From Actinomycetota bacterium (GTDB lineage Bacteria; Actinomycetota; UBA4738; HRBIN12), in the NCBI GenBank assembly GCA_038249195.1, contig JBBRWM010000011.1, positions 5,410 through 69,409 on the forward strand: 64,000 bases of DNA, read 5' to 3'. A model generated the notes under the pieces. That model searched no databases and was not told the origin of the DNA. It worked only from the letters and a program-made list of their open reading frames with translations. Of the stretch, positions 1 to 9,205 are shown in pieces. A program made the translations under genes and the position numbers. Position 1 is the stretch's first letter; each line of letters starts with the position of its first letter.

Positions 1-1
1 G

Positions 2-424
2 GTGGACGACGCCATGAAGCTGCTCTCGGGCGACGGGTTCGTCTCCGCGGGCGGCGACGTGGCGGCCCGCGGCCCCCTCACGGTCGCGCTGCCGCACGAG
101 GGATCGATCACGCTGCATCGAGGGTCGCTCGCCACCAGTGGGACCGCCAAGCGGCGGTGGCTGCGCGGAGGCGTGCTCCAGCACCACCTGGTGGATCCTC
201 GGACCGGCCGCCCGTCGGCGTCGCCCTGGTCGTCGGTGACCGCGTGCGGGGCGACCTGCCTGGCGGCCGACGTCGCGGCCAAGGCCGGATTCCTCGCCGG
301 CGGCGGCGGTCCCGCCTGGCTCGAGGAGCACGGGATCCCCGCGCGCTTCGTCGGGCTCGACGGCGAGATCCGTGAGAACGGAAGCTGGGAACGCAGCATG
401 CGGGAGGCCGTCGCGTGCATCTGA
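2..424 (+). CDS. apbE: FAD:protein FMN transferase (ApbE family), C-terminal part; the 5' end lies outside the window
   Basis: The translation (..SLATSGTAKRRW..HHLVDPRTGRP..ADVAAKAGF..) matches the conserved C-terminal ApbE core. It overlaps the next ORF by 10 nt. Confidence 0.7.
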   Translation: MDDAMKLLSGDGFVSAGGDVAARGPLTVALPHEGSITLHRGSLATSGTAKRRWLRGGVLQHHLVDPRTGRPSASPWSSVTACGATCLAADVAAKAGFLAGGGGPAWLEEHGIPARFVGLDGEIRENGSWERSMREAVACI

Positions 425-1401
425 CGTCGAGCCCCATCGACTGGTACGCCGCTCGCGCCGGCGGCATCGTGGCCTACGTCCTGCTGTCGCTCAACGTCGC
501 GCTCGGGCTGGCGATGACGGGCAAGAAGAGGATGAAGCGTTGGCCGCGGTTCACGCTGGAAGACGTCCACCGCTTCACGGGCCTGCTCACGGGGACGTTC
601 GTGGTGCTGCACATCGTGGCGATCGCCATCGACGCGTACCTGCCGTTCTCGCTCGCATCGCTCGCCGTGCCGCTCCTGGCCTCGTATCGGCCGATCTGGA
701 CCGGCCTCGGGATCGTGGCCGCCGAGCTCCTGCTCGCGCTCGCCGTCACGAACCACTACCGCAACGCGAAGCTGAGCTACCGGTTCTGGCGACGGGCGCA
801 CTACGTGAACTTCGCGGTGTGGGCCGCCGCCACGCTGCACGGCGTCGGCTCAGGCACCGACCGCAGCACGCCGTGGATGATCGCGATCTTCGCGGCCGCC
901 GTGGGCAGTGTCTGCGGCCTGACCGTCTGGCGCGTGATCCGGCGTGCGGCGCCACGGCGATGGTCCCTTCGCACGGCACCGGTGATGGCCTCGGTGGTGG
1001 GGGTCGCGCTCGTCGCCTCGCTCGGTCTAGGCCCGCTGCGCTTCCGGCCTCATACGTGGAACGCGGCGACCTTCAGCGACTCGTTGAGCGGGCAGATCCT
1101 CACCGACGTGGGGGTGACCCGCGGGATCGTGTCGATGGCGGGCAACGGCTCGGGGCCTCAGCGCGTGCTCGTTCGCGCCGACCTGCTCGTGACCACGTCG
1201 AGCCTCGACTCGACCGAGTTCCAGATGGAGTACCTGCCGAGCGGGACCCTGTGCACCGGCTCGGTGACGCAGGTGCACGCGGCAAGCTTCGACGCCACCT
1301 GCTCCATGCCCAACGGCAGCCGGCGCTACGTGGCGGCGAGCTGGACGTCGCCGGGGGCCTCGGGCAGGTTCGAGGACGGCCTGATCACCTCACACGCGTG
1401 A
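415..1401 (+). CDS. Ferric-reductase-like transmembrane protein (MsrQ/FRE type) with an extra C-terminal soluble region
   Basis: Multiple hydrophobic helices carry His residues (HRFTG, LHIVAIAID, HYVNF, LHGVG). It is translationally coupled to the ApbE gene, a common pairing. Confidence 0.65.
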   Translation: MHLTSSPIDWYAARAGGIVAYVLLSLNVALGLAMTGKKRMKRWPRFTLEDVHRFTGLLTGTFVVLHIVAIAIDAYLPFSLASLAVPLLASYRPIWTGLGIVAAELLLALAVTNHYRNAKLSYRFWRRAHYVNFAVWAAATLHGVGSGTDRSTPWMIAIFAAAVGSVCGLTVWRVIRRAAPRRWSLRTAPVMASVVGVALVASLGLGPLRFRPHTWNAATFSDSLSGQILTDVGVTRGIVSMAGNGSGPQRVLVRADLLVTTSSLDSTEFQMEYLPSGTLCTGSVTQVHAASFDATCSMPNGSRRYVAASWTSPGASGRFEDGLITSHA

Positions 1402-1606
1402 TCGACGTCCCGATTCGGCGAGGGGCGGGGACCGTTGGGGGCTGGCGCGTGACGCTGTCCGCGGCGGTCCGCTGCGGGGAACGCTTCCCTCGCTTCGCGC
1501 GCCGCCTTCGGGCGCGCTTGCTCAGTCCAGATGTTCCCCTCTGCGGGCCGCCGCTCCCAGGGTCCTGACGGTTCCACCCTGGGTGCCCTCCGTTCGGTTG
1601 GATCGG

Positions 1607-2164
1607 TCAAGCCTGTCTGTTTCGAGCCTCCATCAGCTCGTGGAGCTTGCGGGTCACGCGGGCGTTGCGGATCGTCACCTGGGGGTAGAGGGGGTGCGCG
1701 CTCAGCTTGATCATGGCGGTGCGCGTGAGGGTGCTCATGGGTGCGGACCAGTAGACGGCGTGGGGGCTCGCGGCGACCGACTCGATGGCGGGGTCGACCT
1801 CGAGCCCGCCGATCAGGTCGTCGGGGGCGACGCCGTCGGTGAGGAAGATCACGTTATGGCGCACGGTGCGATCGTCGGGGTCCCAGTCGCTGGGCATCGC
1901 CGCCACGACCGCCGCCATCTCGGCGGTGTCGCGCACGACCACGCGCGCGCCGTATCCGAACGCCTCGGAGAGGTGGCGCTCGATGCGCGCGACGGCCGCC
2001 TTGCTCCGCTTCCTCGGGCTCTCCACGAGCACGTTCCCGGACTGGATGTGCGTCTGTGGGTCGCGGAATCCCATGGCGGCGAACTCGCCGCGCAGCGACG
2101 CCATCGGGATCACGTTCTTGCCGCCTACGTTGATCCCGCGAAGGAGCACGACCCAGGTCTCCAC
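1607..2164 (-). CDS. DUF1697 family protein
   Basis: The N-terminus VVLLRGINVGGKNVIPMASLR is the DUF1697 signature. The ORF is clean and protein-like. Confidence 0.75.
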   Translation of the reverse strand: METWVVLLRGINVGGKNVIPMASLRGEFAAMGFRDPQTHIQSGNVLVESPRKRSKAAVARIERHLSEAFGYGARVVVRDTAEMAAVVAAMPSDWDPDDRTVRHNVIFLTDGVAPDDLIGGLEVDPAIESVAASPHAVYWSAPMSTLTRTAMIKLSAHPLYPQVTIRNARVTRKLHELMEARNRQA

Positions 2165-2182
2165 GGTCTCCTTCGTCTCAGG

Positions 2183-3619
2183 TCACGGTCGTATCGGTGC
2201 CGAGGCGAGCTTCGCGCCGAGGTCACGGACGACCTGTGGCACCAGGTCCACGTCCTCCTCGCGGGTTCGCCAGTTCACGAGGGCCGGGCGGAACGCTACG
2301 CGGCCGCCATAGTCGGTCGAGCCGAAGAAGACGCGGCCGTCCACGAGCGCCGCCTCGCCGATCCGTCGGTTCAGGTCATCGAGCGCAGGACCGTCGGTGA
2401 AGCCGGGCGGGCGGTAGCGGAAGCAGACGATGTTCAGCGGCACGTCGGCGAGCCGCTCGAGGTCCGGCGCCTCGTCGACGGTGGCCGCGAGCCGCTGCGC
2501 GAGGTCGAGGTCGTGTTCTACGATCGCGCGGTGGCCCTCGCGACCGTACGCCCGCAGGGTCGCCCAGACCGGGAAGGCGCGCGCCCGCCGCGACATCTCT
2601 GGTCCGAGGTAGCCCCAGTTGGGCTGTGGGTCGTTGATGTCTGGGAGGTAGGCGGCGCCCGAGCCGAACACCGCGGGCAACAAGCTCGCGTCCCGCACGA
2701 ACGCGAACCCGTTCTCGTAGGGCACGTTCAACCACTTGTGGCCGTCGGCGATCACCGAGTCGGCGCGCTCGATCCCTTCGACCAGGTGCGCGGTGCGCGG
2801 CGAAAGGGCGGCGAACAGGCCGAAGGCCCCGTCCACGTGGAACCAGGCGCCGTTGCGTGACGCGAGCTCGGCCATCTCGAGGAGCGGGTCGAAGTCGCCC
2901 GCGTTCACCTCGCCGGCGCTGCCGATCACGATCGCAGGCTGCCCGTTCAGCTCGGCGAGCGCGGCCTCCATCGCGTCGAGGTCCACGCGCCCCACGGAAT
3001 CGCGGCTCAGTTGCCGCACGCGACCCCGGCCCACGCCAAGCATCCCGAGCGCCTTCACGTCGCTGGGGTGCGTGTAGCCGCCGCCGAGCACGCTGATAGG
3101 TGGCGCGGCGGCCAGCCCGAGCTCGTCCACGTCGATGCCGGCGCGCTCGGCGCACCACCGTCGGGCGCACCCGAGGGCTACGAAGTTGGCCATGGTGGCG
3201 CCGGTCGTGAGCACGCCGCCCCAGGCCGCCGGCAACCCGAACAGCTCCTTCAGCCATCCGATCGACACCTGCTCGAGCCGCCCCCCGAGGGGCGAGGAGA
3301 CCCAGGCGCCAGGGTTCTGATCGAGCGCGGAGGTCAGCCAGTCCGCACCCAGCGCGGCGGGCGTCGCCCCGCCGTCCACGAAGTGGAAGAACTTCGGCCC
3401 GGCGGAGTGCACCGCGCCGTCGATCCCGCCGAGCAACTCCTCGAGCGCCCCGACCGCCCCCACGCCTTGCTCGGGCAGCGGGCCCACGAAGCTCGCGGCG
3501 ATCTCCTCCGCGCGAGGATCGCGGACGGGACGGTCGTCCAGGCCGTGGAGGTACGTGGCGGCCTCGCGCGCGGCGAGGTCGATGACGGCGTCGAGCTCGG
3601 CGGGATCGGGACGGTCCAC
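2183..3619 (-). CDS. Pyridoxal-dependent (group II, aromatic-amino-acid type) decarboxylase
   Basis: Contains TTGATMANF, DGAFG and the PLP-lysine context SVIADGHKWLNVPY. It is 478 aa and lies 18 nt upstream of the DUF1697 gene. Confidence 0.85.
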   Translation of the reverse strand: MDRPDPAELDAVIDLAAREAATYLHGLDDRPVRDPRAEEIAASFVGPLPEQGVGAVGALEELLGGIDGAVHSAGPKFFHFVDGGATPAALGADWLTSALDQNPGAWVSSPLGGRLEQVSIGWLKELFGLPAAWGGVLTTGATMANFVALGCARRWCAERAGIDVDELGLAAAPPISVLGGGYTHPSDVKALGMLGVGRGRVRQLSRDSVGRVDLDAMEAALAELNGQPAIVIGSAGEVNAGDFDPLLEMAELASRNGAWFHVDGAFGLFAALSPRTAHLVEGIERADSVIADGHKWLNVPYENGFAFVRDASLLPAVFGSGAAYLPDINDPQPNWGYLGPEMSRRARAFPVWATLRAYGREGHRAIVEHDLDLAQRLAATVDEAPDLERLADVPLNIVCFRYRPPGFTDGPALDDLNRRIGEAALVDGRVFFGSTDYGGRVAFRPALVNWRTREEDVDLVPQVVRDLGAKLASAPIRP

Positions 3620-3629
3620 GCAGGCGATG

Positions 3630-4184
3630 CTACCGCGCGGATCCTCGGGCGCTGTATGCCCATAGAGCCCTGTCCAACAGCCGCAGCTTGGGAAGGGTCG
3701 TGTCGGGCAGATCGAGTCGATCCGCCAGCTCGCTACACACAGCGAGGTACAGGCCCAGGCTCACGTGTGGTCCACTCGAACGGAACGCTCCCGCGGCCTG
3801 CAGGGTCTCGGTCGCGCGCCAGTCGAACACCGTGAAGCGCACGGGATCCCAGACCGCGAGGATCGCCGACGCGATCGGCTCGCCGACCCCGGAGAGGCCC
3901 GTCAGCACCGATGCTCGTTCGACCGCATCGGGGGCGAACGCCAGCGACGTCACCGCGCGCACGCGTCTCGCGTCGTTCCGCTCGAGCCGCGAACGAGCGC
4001 GCGGGGACTTCCAGATCGCGATCGTCATGAACTCTCCGCGCGTGAGGTACCCGCGCGCTCGTATGGTCGCGGACCCGACGGAGAACAGCCGCTCCTCGAA
4101 CGCCGCCTCGGCGTCGGAGATGTCCGCCACGTATCGCTCGGCCCATCGCAGCACGAACGCCTCGTCGATCTTCAGCCGCCTCAC
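3630..4184 (-). CDS. Hypothetical protein, possibly HhH/OGG-fold-like
   Basis: Protein-like from VRRLKIDEAF onward. The GTG at 4184 is preceded by GGGAGG. The LSGVGEPIASAIL segment resembles a helix-hairpin-helix. The track ORF extends further upstream (to 4295) as Pro/Arg-rich sequence. Confidence 0.5.
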   Translation of the reverse strand: MRRLKIDEAFVLRWAERYVADISDAEAAFEERLFSVGSATIRARGYLTRGEFMTIAIWKSPRARSRLERNDARRVRAVTSLAFAPDAVERASVLTGLSGVGEPIASAILAVWDPVRFTVFDWRATETLQAAGAFRSSGPHVSLGLYLAVCSELADRLDLPDTTLPKLRLLDRALWAYSARGSAR

Positions 4185-4349
4185 GTCCCCTCCCGGTCCC
4201 TGCCTCGGCGAAGGGTAGCCCGGGTCCGGACGCGAGCGCCGCTCGGGGCCGTCGGTATCGTGTGGCGGGATACCCTCTGGCGAAGAGCGTCGCACGGCGA
4301 TCGGGGAGAACGTGTCCTTTCACGCGCACATCGACGAGGGCCCGACCGG

Positions 4350-5651
4350 ATGAGCGGGCGCCCACCGCTGTTCGAGCGAGTCGGGGTGCTGCGGCCGCTG
4401 CGCCACCGCGACTTCCGGCTGTTGTGGATCGGGCAGACCGTCTCCATGATCGGCGACGGGATCTACGTGTTCGCCGTGGCCTGGCTCGTCTACAAGGACC
4501 TGGAGGCGTCGCCGGCCGTGTTCTCGGCGGTGGGCATCGCGTGGACGCTGCCGCAGGTCCTCTTCCTGCTGGCGACGGGTGCGCTCTCGGATCGTATGGA
4601 TCGGCGGCACCTCATGATCATCGGGGATCTTCTGCGCCTCGTGGCGATCGGCGCGATCGGCATCGTGATCCTGATGGACGTGATCACCATCCCGCTGCTG
4701 ATCGGCCTCGTGTTCGTCTACGGCGCGGGGCAGGCCATCTTCTGGCCCGCCTTCAGCTCGATCGTCCCGATGATCGTGCCCGAGGATCAGCTGGTGCAGG
4801 CGAACTCGATCGGCTCGACGGTCAGGCCGTTCGCGATGATCGTGGTTGGTCCGCTGATCGGCGCCAGCGTGGTGGCATCCGTGGGCACCGGTTGGGCGTT
4901 CATCTTCGACGGCGTCACGTTCGTCGTGTCCGCCGCCTGCATCTGGATGATGGAGGTGCGCGCGGACCGCACAAACGATGAGGAGCCGACCGAGCTCTGG
5001 GCAGACGTCCGCGAGGGGATCGCCTACGTGCGCTCCACGCCCTGGATCAGATGGGGACTGCTGTGCGGTGCGGTCAGCCTGTTCTGTGTCTGGGGACCGT
5101 GGGAAACGCTCGTGCCGTTCGTGGTCACCGACCAGATGTCGGGGACCGAGCTCCAGCTTGCCCTCGTGTTCGGGGCGGGCGGCGTGGGATCCGTCATCGC
5201 GTCGTTGTACATGGCCCAGCGCGGCGGGCTGCCCCGCAGGCCGATCACGGTGATGTATGTGGCGTGGGCTGTCGGGATGGGCATGACCGCGGCGTTCGGG
5301 ATCGTGGCGAACATCCCCCAGGCGATGGCGGCGTCGTTCGTCGCGGAGAGCGCCATCTCGGTGCTGGTGGTGATCTGGTTCACGGCCATGCAGCGCCTCG
5401 TCCCCAACGAGATCTTGGGGCGGGTGTCTTCGCTCGACTGGATGATCTCGATCCTCGGCGCGCCCGTCTCGTTCCTGGTGGTTGGGCCGCTCGCGGCCGT
5501 CATCGGCGCCGACGACGTGCTGATCGTGGCGGGCGTCTTGGGCGCGGTGGCCACGATCGCGTTCATGCTCATGCCCGGAGCGCGCGACCCCGAGCGCGAC
5601 GGGTCACTCGAGCCGAGGTCGCGGGATCGGCCCGGCACGCCGGTGTCTTAG
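4350..5651 (+). CDS. MFS transporter (EntS/MFS_3-like)
   Basis: From the ATG at 4350 the sequence reads FRLLWIGQTVSMIGDGIY.. and continues with about 12 hydrophobic helices. The upstream part of track ORF 3765..5651 is not protein-like. Confidence 0.85.
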   Translation: MSGRPPLFERVGVLRPLRHRDFRLLWIGQTVSMIGDGIYVFAVAWLVYKDLEASPAVFSAVGIAWTLPQVLFLLATGALSDRMDRRHLMIIGDLLRLVAIGAIGIVILMDVITIPLLIGLVFVYGAGQAIFWPAFSSIVPMIVPEDQLVQANSIGSTVRPFAMIVVGPLIGASVVASVGTGWAFIFDGVTFVVSAACIWMMEVRADRTNDEEPTELWADVREGIAYVRSTPWIRWGLLCGAVSLFCVWGPWETLVPFVVTDQMSGTELQLALVFGAGGVGSVIASLYMAQRGGLPRRPITVMYVAWAVGMGMTAAFGIVANIPQAMAASFVAESAISVLVVIWFTAMQRLVPNEILGRVSSLDWMISILGAPVSFLVVGPLAAVIGADDVLIVAGVLGAVATIAFMLMPGARDPERDGSLEPRSRDRPGTPVS

Positions 5652-5686
5652 GTTGACGTTCTCGATGGCTGGATCGGCCCGTTCAC

Positions 5687-6193
5687 CTACGCATGATGCA
5701 CGCCGGCGCGCACCGCCGATACGTGCACGACGCCCTCGCACGGGAACATCGTCGCCGGGATGAACAGGGACGCGCCCGCGTTGGGCGGCGTGATCTGCGC
5801 GACGCTCGACGTGGGGCACGGGCCGCCGGAGGACACGTCGCTGTAACTCGTGCGGAACGTGGCGGACGCGCCGGGCGCGAGCCGCACGTTCTTGGGTCCG
5901 GGCGAGAGGTCGCGTCGCACGGTCGTGTGGATGGGGCGCCCGTCTTTGCCGAAGAGCTGGATGCGTGGGTAGCCCTTGAGCCTGCACATCGCGTGTGAGC
6001 GGTTCGTGAACACGAGGGCTCCGTAGATCGTGCCGGCGGCGCCCTGCGTCCCGTTGGATCGGACGCCGAGTTGGTTCCGTACACAGGTGGCCGGGGGGGA
6101 CTCCTGGGCATGCAGCGCCGCGAGCGCCGTCGGCATCGCGACGATTGCGGCGACCATGCCTGCGGCCGCCATGGTGGTTCGTCTCATGGCCAC
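5687..6193 (-). CDS. Secreted DUF4232 domain protein
   Basis: A signal peptide (MAAAGMVAAIVAMPTALAA) is followed by C..L....GAAG......FTN.S...C.L.GYP, the DUF4232 pattern. Confidence 0.7.
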   Translation of the reverse strand: MAMRRTTMAAAGMVAAIVAMPTALAALHAQESPPATCVRNQLGVRSNGTQGAAGTIYGALVFTNRSHAMCRLKGYPRIQLFGKDGRPIHTTVRRDLSPGPKNVRLAPGASATFRTSYSDVSSGGPCPTSSVAQITPPNAGASLFIPATMFPCEGVVHVSAVRAGVHHA

Positions 6194-6224
6194 GTCCCTT
6201 CCCTCGATCCATGTCCGTGACGAA

Positions 6225-6256
6225 ACGAAGTGAGGGGCCCCGGCCCCTCACTTCGT
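6225..6256 (-). terminator. Strong GC-rich hairpin (about 15-bp perfect inverted repeat), terminator-like on the minus strand
   Basis: ACGAAGTGAGGGGCC / GGCCCCTCACTTCGT with a tiny central loop. On the minus strand it is followed by TTCGTC. It lies just upstream of the DUF4232 start. Confidence 0.5.
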
Positions 6257-6632
6257 TCGTTCCTCCCGTGTGCCGGGCGTCGGGCGCATCGTCCCGGCTC
6301 ACGTTCGCAGCAATCGCGGCGCGTTGCGCGCCCTCAGAGTCCGGCGCACTGCCGAGCTTCTGACCACCGACCGCGTTGGGCTGGCCTCCGTCGGCCGGGT
6401 TCACCTGCTCGCGTGGCGAGTTGCCGTAGCACCGCAGGTCGCCGGTGGTCCAGTTCGTCTGCACCTCGTTCGTGTCCGGGTCGGTCGCGCTCTTGTTCTT
6501 CGTCCAGACCAGGTCCCCGCCGACATCGTTGCGGATGGCGCCGGCCCAGCCCACCGTGTCGTTCGTCGTGGTGGTCCCGCAGGGCGGAAATGGCCCGATC
6601 GAGTCGGGCGTGCACCCGAGCGCGATTTCTCG
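6257..6632 (-). pseudogene. Possible gene relic: a protein-like reading frame without a usable start or stop
   Basis: One frame reads ..ALGCTPDSIGPFPPCGTTTTNDTVGWAGAIRNDVGGDLVWTKNKSATDPDTNEVQTNWTTGDLRCYGNSPREQVNPADGG.. The only canonical start in it is the GTG at 6554 (track ORF 5604..6554), which cuts off the protein-like ALGC..TNDT N-terminal segment. The frame has no stop before it runs through the terminator hairpin and the whole DUF4232 gene. Confidence 0.25.
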
Positions 6633-6702
6633 CTAGGTCACCCCCTCCGCATCAGCCCGCGAATCGCTGTAGGTTGGGAGATTCGAGGGAAGGGGGAACC
6701 GA

Positions 6703-7089
6703 ATGGACAAGGTCGTGCACTTCGAGATCACGTTCGACGACCACGAGCGAGCCAAGGAGTTCTACGGCTCGGTCTTCGACTGGGAGCTCAGCGACAACGA
6801 CATGGGCAACGGGATGATCTACACCACCGCGACCACGGTCCCGATCGACGAGCAGATGCGACCCAAGGAGCCCGGCGCGATCAACGGCGGGTTCACGGGC
6901 CGCGGGTCGGAGACGCCGTATCCGGTGATCACGATCGGCGTCGACTCGATCGACGAGAGCCTCAAGAAGATCGAGGCCGGCGGCGGCAGCACGATCACGC
7001 CCCGCACGCCCATCCCGAACATGGGGGCCTTCGCGTACTTCAAGGACAGCGAGGGCAACACCGTGGGGTTGTTCGAAACCGCGATGTGA
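6703..7089 (+). CDS. VOC (glyoxalase/bleomycin-resistance) family protein
   Basis: VVHFEITFDD..AKEFY..VFDWE and ..GAFAYFKDSEGNTVGLFE are typical of small VOC proteins. Confidence 0.85.
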   Translation: MDKVVHFEITFDDHERAKEFYGSVFDWELSDNDMGNGMIYTTATTVPIDEQMRPKEPGAINGGFTGRGSETPYPVITIGVDSIDESLKKIEAGGGSTITPRTPIPNMGAFAYFKDSEGNTVGLFETAM

Positions 7090-7101
7090 CGGAGGCGACG
7101 A

Positions 7102-7134
7102 GGAAACCGCGGCGCAGGGAGGCGCCGCGGTTCC
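7102..7134. terminator. Hairpin between convergent genes (11-bp stem, AGGGAG loop)
   Basis: AACCGCGGCGC-agggag-GCGCCGCGGTT lies between the VOC stop (7089) and the DUF1059 stop (7180). Confidence 0.45.
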
Positions 7135-7179
7135 CGTCATCCGGCGCTCGGTCCGCGCCGCTTTGACGTCGATCCGAGA

Positions 7180-7332
7180 TCAGGCGCCGACCGGCTTGAG
7201 CTGGGCGATGACCTGCTCACGGGTAACGTCCATGCCGTGCTTGGCCGCCCCGTGCGCCTGGACAACGACGACGAGGTCATCCTCGATCCCGCGCGCGTAG
7301 AAGCCGCACTCGCAGGTGACTTCCTTGATCAT
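7180..7332 (-). CDS. DUF1059 family small protein (50 aa); not in the supplied track because it is under 60 aa
   Basis: Hand translation: MIKEVTCECGFYARGIEDDLVVVVQAHGAAKHGMDVTREQVIAQLKPVGA. A strong SD (AAGGAGGTGATCGC) sits directly before the ATG. Confidence 0.75.
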   Translation of the reverse strand: MIKEVTCECGFYARGIEDDLVVVVQAHGAAKHGMDVTREQVIAQLKPVGA

Positions 7333-7413
7333 GCGATCACCTCCTTGGGGCGGATACTAGGCAAGGGACGTTGGCGGAACGTTGGCGTCGTGCTCCCCGA
7401 TGGGACCACCTGC

Positions 7414-8178
7414 ATGGACGAGCCTCAGCTACGGATCTATCTCGTCGGCAACGTCGCGATCGAGCGCGGCGGCGTCCTGGTGGCCGAGAGCCGGTTCCCC
7501 GGCGGCCAGGGCCGGCTCGCCTTCGCGCTGCTCGCTTCGGAACGCCGCGACGCGCTGTCGACCGAGCACATCGCCGACGTCGTGTGGGACGGGATCCCGC
7601 CTACGGCGTGGGCCACGGCCCTGCGCGCGATCGTGAGCAAGCTGCGCGGCGTGCTCGCGCAGAGTGGAGCCGAGGCAACGATCGAGCATGCCTTCGGCTG
7701 CTACCAGCTGCGACTGCCCCCGGACGCTTGGATCGATGTCGAGGCCGCCGCGGCTGCGGCACACGACGCGGAGGCGGCGCTGCGATCCGGAGACCTCGCG
7801 GCCGCCAATGGGGAGGCGCTCGTCGCGAACGCGATCGCGCGACGACCGTTCCTCGAGGGCGCCGAGGGGGAGTGGGTGCAGCGAAAGCGGACGCAGCTGC
7901 GGACCATTCAGGTGCGAGCGTTGTCGTGCCGGGCCGAGATCGCGATCCGGCAAGGCGATCTCACGGGCGCCGCCGGGGACGCAGAGCGCATCATCGCGCT
8001 CGAGCCGTTCCGGGAGCGCGCGTACGTGACCCTCATGCGCGCGCACGTCGAGGCCGGCAACAACGCCGAGGCGCTCGCGACCTACGACCGCCTCCGCGAG
8101 ACGCTCGCCTCGGAGCTCGGCGCGAGCCCGTCTCCCGATTCCGCGGCCGCGTTCCTCGGCGTCCTTCGGGCGAACTGA
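7414..8178 (+). CDS. SARP/AfsR-family transcriptional regulator (winged-helix DNA-binding domain plus BTAD)
   Basis: LRIYLVGNVAIERGG..., the winged-helix segment WDG.PP..W...LR..VSKLR, and the BTAD helices ..RERAYVTLMRAHVEAGNNAEALATYDRLRETLASELGASPSP. Confidence 0.8.
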   Translation: MDEPQLRIYLVGNVAIERGGVLVAESRFPGGQGRLAFALLASERRDALSTEHIADVVWDGIPPTAWATALRAIVSKLRGVLAQSGAEATIEHAFGCYQLRLPPDAWIDVEAAAAAAHDAEAALRSGDLAAANGEALVANAIARRPFLEGAEGEWVQRKRTQLRTIQVRALSCRAEIAIRQGDLTGAAGDAERIIALEPFRERAYVTLMRAHVEAGNNAEALATYDRLRETLASELGASPSPDSAAAFLGVLRAN

Positions 8179-8221
8179 CCTCGTTCGCCGCGAGCCGTCA
8201 CGGATCCGGTTGGGTCCTGCG

Positions 8222-9124
8222 TCAGTCGGGCAGCACGAGGATGGGTTGGACCGCGGCGAGACCGGAGGCGAGCTCGTGCCAGGTCGATCCGGCGTCTTCG
8301 GAACCGAAGATGCGTCCGTCGGAGGTGCCGAACGCCGCGAACGATCCGTCGTTCAACGCATCCAGGCGATAGGTGTCGATGTTGTCGTCGAACCATCCAG
8401 GGAGCCCCGCCGTGCAGCGTTCGAACGAGCCGGCGGCGATGTCGCCCCTGTACACGGCGGCGCGACCACCACGCGGGCCGTTCGAGGCAGACACGAGGAG
8501 CGTGTCGCCGCAGACGACCACCGCGCGCGAGTACGGAGCGTCGAGCCCTTCGCTCCGCATCGTCCAGGTCGTACCGTGGTCCACGCTCGTCGCGAGCCCG
8601 CCGGCACAGGCGGCCAGGACGAAGCCCTCTGCGGTCGCGACCTGGTGGACGTCGGCGTCGATCTCGATCGTCGGGTTCCACGTGTGGCCACGGTCGCCCG
8701 TGTGGAGGATCCCCCCGACGTGCACGTTGACGTAGACGTCCTCGCCCCACTCAGACAGGGATCGGGTGGCGGGGGGTCCGCCCCAGGGTGTGTACCACTC
8801 GGAGCGACCTTCCGCGTCGTCGAACCCGACCACGGGCTCGAGCGTTTCGTCGGCGAGCCGGAACAGTCGAGCGTCCGACGAGCCGACATGGACGGCGTCG
8901 GTCATGGCGATGCAGGTCGCTTGATGGCCTTCCAGCGTGGCCACCAGCCGCCAGTCGGCCCCGGGTGCGTGCCAGACCTCCGATCGATCCACGATCGCCC
9001 AGAGCTCGGGGCCGTCGCGGACGATGGAGGTCACAGACCGACCGGCGAGTTGGGTAGGCCACGCGGGACCTCCGTCGCCGATCGCCTGGAGCCCGTCCCT
9101 GGTAGCAACCAGTATCCGGTGCAT
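8222..9124 (-). CDS. BNR/Asp-box repeat beta-propeller protein
   Basis: Repeated Asp-box-like S/T-x-D-x-G-x-T-W motifs (TGDRGHTW, SVDHGTTW, SEDAGSTW). Confidence 0.7.
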   Translation of the reverse strand: MHRILVATRDGLQAIGDGGPAWPTQLAGRSVTSIVRDGPELWAIVDRSEVWHAPGADWRLVATLEGHQATCIAMTDAVHVGSSDARLFRLADETLEPVVGFDDAEGRSEWYTPWGGPPATRSLSEWGEDVYVNVHVGGILHTGDRGHTWNPTIEIDADVHQVATAEGFVLAACAGGLATSVDHGTTWTMRSEGLDAPYSRAVVVCGDTLLVSASNGPRGGRAAVYRGDIAAGSFERCTAGLPGWFDDNIDTYRLDALNDGSFAAFGTSDGRIFGSEDAGSTWHELASGLAAVQPILVLPD

Positions 9125-9205
9125 CGCTCGATGTTCTCACGGGCTCGGGCGCAGCAACGATGTGAGGATCAGGTCCTTCTTCACCTCTGCCCGGCATCGG
9201 GCTTG

